Shown: positions 62,830 to 64,000 of the stretch, piece by piece
How the letters are laid out: each line of letters begins with the position of its first letter
How positions within the stretch are numbered: position 1 is the stretch's first letter
Source of the DNA: Oligoflexales bacterium
GTDB taxonomy: Bacteria; Bdellovibrionota_B; Oligoflexia; Oligoflexales; Bog-1112
Length of the DNA stretch: 64,000 nucleotides
Reading direction: 5' to 3'
Assembly: GCA_045105515.1 (NCBI GenBank)
Contig: JBGCDR010000156.1
Location: forward strand, 32,001 to 96,000
The notes under the pieces: generated by a model
The model's database searches: none
Seen by the model: only the letters and a program-made list of their open reading frames with translations
Told to the model about the DNA's origin: nothing
Translations under genes and position numbers: made by a program

Positions 62830-63357
62830 TTATGACTTTGTATCTTTGATAGCATTAATCACACGCACCAAATTAGAACCAACTCCATTCATAACCTGGA
62901 GTAAACCACGGTGCGGAGAAATCAATGTACCAATGATTTTGGCAATTAATTCTTCTTTGCTTGGCAACTCTGAGAGGGCTTTAATATCAGCCGTACTAAG
63001 CGCCTTGCCATCCATAACACCGCCAGTCACCTTAAACTTCTCATTTTGCTTAGCAAAAGCAAGCAAAGCTTTAGTTCCAGCGGCAACGTCACCATACATA
63101 TGAGCGACGCCAATAGGCCCCTTTAATTGGTCCTTCAACGCTTCAGCATCAGGGACCGAATGTTCAATCGCCTTTTTTGCGACCCTATTCTTAATTACTC
63201 TAAACTCAGTTTGAGCATTACGGAGTTCAACTCTCAAACTTGCCAATTCATCCGCTGCAATACCGGTATACTCAGCTACTAGAGATGCTGTGGAGTTCTG
63301 AAACCTCTCCGCTATTTTATCTTTAAGAACTTCTTTCGTTGCTCTACTTACTGCCAT
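62830..63357 (-). CDS. rplJ: 50S ribosomal protein L10
   Basis: RVIKNRVAK, LPSKEEL; between rplA and rplL. Confidence 0.96.
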   Translation of the reverse strand: MAVSRATKEVLKDKIAERFQNSTASLVAEYTGIAADELASLRVELRNAQTEFRVIKNRVAKKAIEHSVPDAEALKDQLKGPIGVAHMYGDVAAGTKALLAFAKQNEKFKVTGGVMDGKALSTADIKALSELPSKEELIAKIIGTLISPHRGLLQVMNGVGSNLVRVINAIKDTKS

Positions 63358-63406
63358 GATGCCTTTTCCTCATGTTCTACTGTGTAAACCTACTCTGGTG
63401 AACCGT

Positions 63407-64000
63407 CTATCTAAAAGGGATAGGATCTACACTAACACCAGGTCCCATTGTTGCTGATAGTGCTATCTTCTTCAGATATGTCCCTTTAGAACTTGAAGGC
63501 TTAGCCTTTGTAAGGGCATCGATGACAGCATTAACATTTTCAACAAGCTTATCCGCGTCCATACTCACTTTTCCGACTATTGTATGAACGATGCCTGCTT
63601 TATCAACTCTAAATTCTGCGCGACCCGCCTTTAGCTCGTTGATTGCGTTAACCACTTCAAAGGTTACCGTACCAAGCTTTGGATTCGGCATTAAACCCCT
63701 AGGTCCAAGAACTCGCCCAAGCTTTCCAACTACTGCCATCATGTCCGGTGTAGCAATCACCTGATCAAAATCAAGCCAACCGCTTTGAATTTTTTCTGCC
63801 AGGTCGTCCGCACCAACAAAATCAACGCCGGCTTCCTTTGCTTCCACAGCCTTCTGACCCTTAGCAAAGACCACGATACGTACCTGTTTTCCTAATCCGT
63901 GAGGAAGAGGCGTAGCACCCCTAACATTCTGATCAGCATGCCTTGGATCAACGCCCAAATTAATTGCTAAATCAACGCTTCCGGCAAACTTACTATATGA
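63407..64000 (-). CDS. rplA: 50S ribosomal protein L1 (5' end outside the window)
   Basis: [26 protein letters not shown]. Confidence 0.98.
   Translation of the reverse strand, partial: SYSKFAGSVDLAINLGVDPRHADQNVRGATPLPHGLGKQVRIVVFAKGQKAVEAKEAGVDFVGADDLAEKIQSGWLDFDQVIATPDMMAVVGKLGRVLGPRGLMPNPKLGTVTFEVVNAINELKAGRAEFRVDKAGIVHTIVGKVSMDADKLVENVNAVIDALTKAKPSSSKGTYLKKIALSATMGPGVSVDPIPFR

Noticed and set aside
53992..63103. Many 60-170 aa plus-strand ORFs opposite rpoB/rpoC/rpl genes (and similar ones across the window)
   Set aside because: Antisense shadows of well-supported genes with no recognisable motifs
1..64000. CRISPR array, rRNA, IS/transposase, integrase or prophage
   Set aside because: No regularly spaced repeats, rRNA signatures or recombinase/phage motifs seen in the ORFs or spacers

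Overview
AT-rich bacterial chromosomal window. The gene content (CarD, SthA, rod-binding-only FlgJ, long S41 protease with an Ig-like tail, helical-extension DsbA, many TPR proteins) suggests Bdellovibrionota/Oligoflexia or a related deltaproteobacteria-like lineage; this is an inference, not a classification. In order it contains: (i) an uncharacterised minus-strand run of a TPR protein, a Zn-finger protein, a TPR protein with an EVE-like domain and a PsbP-like exported protein, next to two tandem secreted vWA paralogs; (ii) lipA, a lipid A acyltransferase, an ICMT-like membrane protein and an acyl-CoA dehydrogenase, with sthA divergent; (iii) a flagellar cluster, flagellin-flgF-G-A-H-I-J-M-N-K-L, with a sigma54 promoter upstream of flgF; (iv) carD, rpsO-pnp-dut, GT4-TPR, S41 protease, NamZ, PilZ, DsbA, orn, speE, peptide ABC permeases, HU with a Lys-rich tail, ftsY and tRNA-Val(GAC); (v) rplA-rplJ-rplL-rpoB-rpoC-rpsL-rpsG-fusA. 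I saw no CRISPR array, rRNA, transposase or integrase. Best leads: a recurring sigma28/FliA-like promoter motif in front of many non-flagellar unknown genes, the TPR-EVE fusion, a ribbon-helix-helix protein with a prion-like domain behind a long structured leader, a chromosomal Rep_3-like protein, remodelled FlgH/FlgI, and an EF-G lacking the conserved domain IV loop motifs. All domain calls come from reading motifs by eye, with no searches run.
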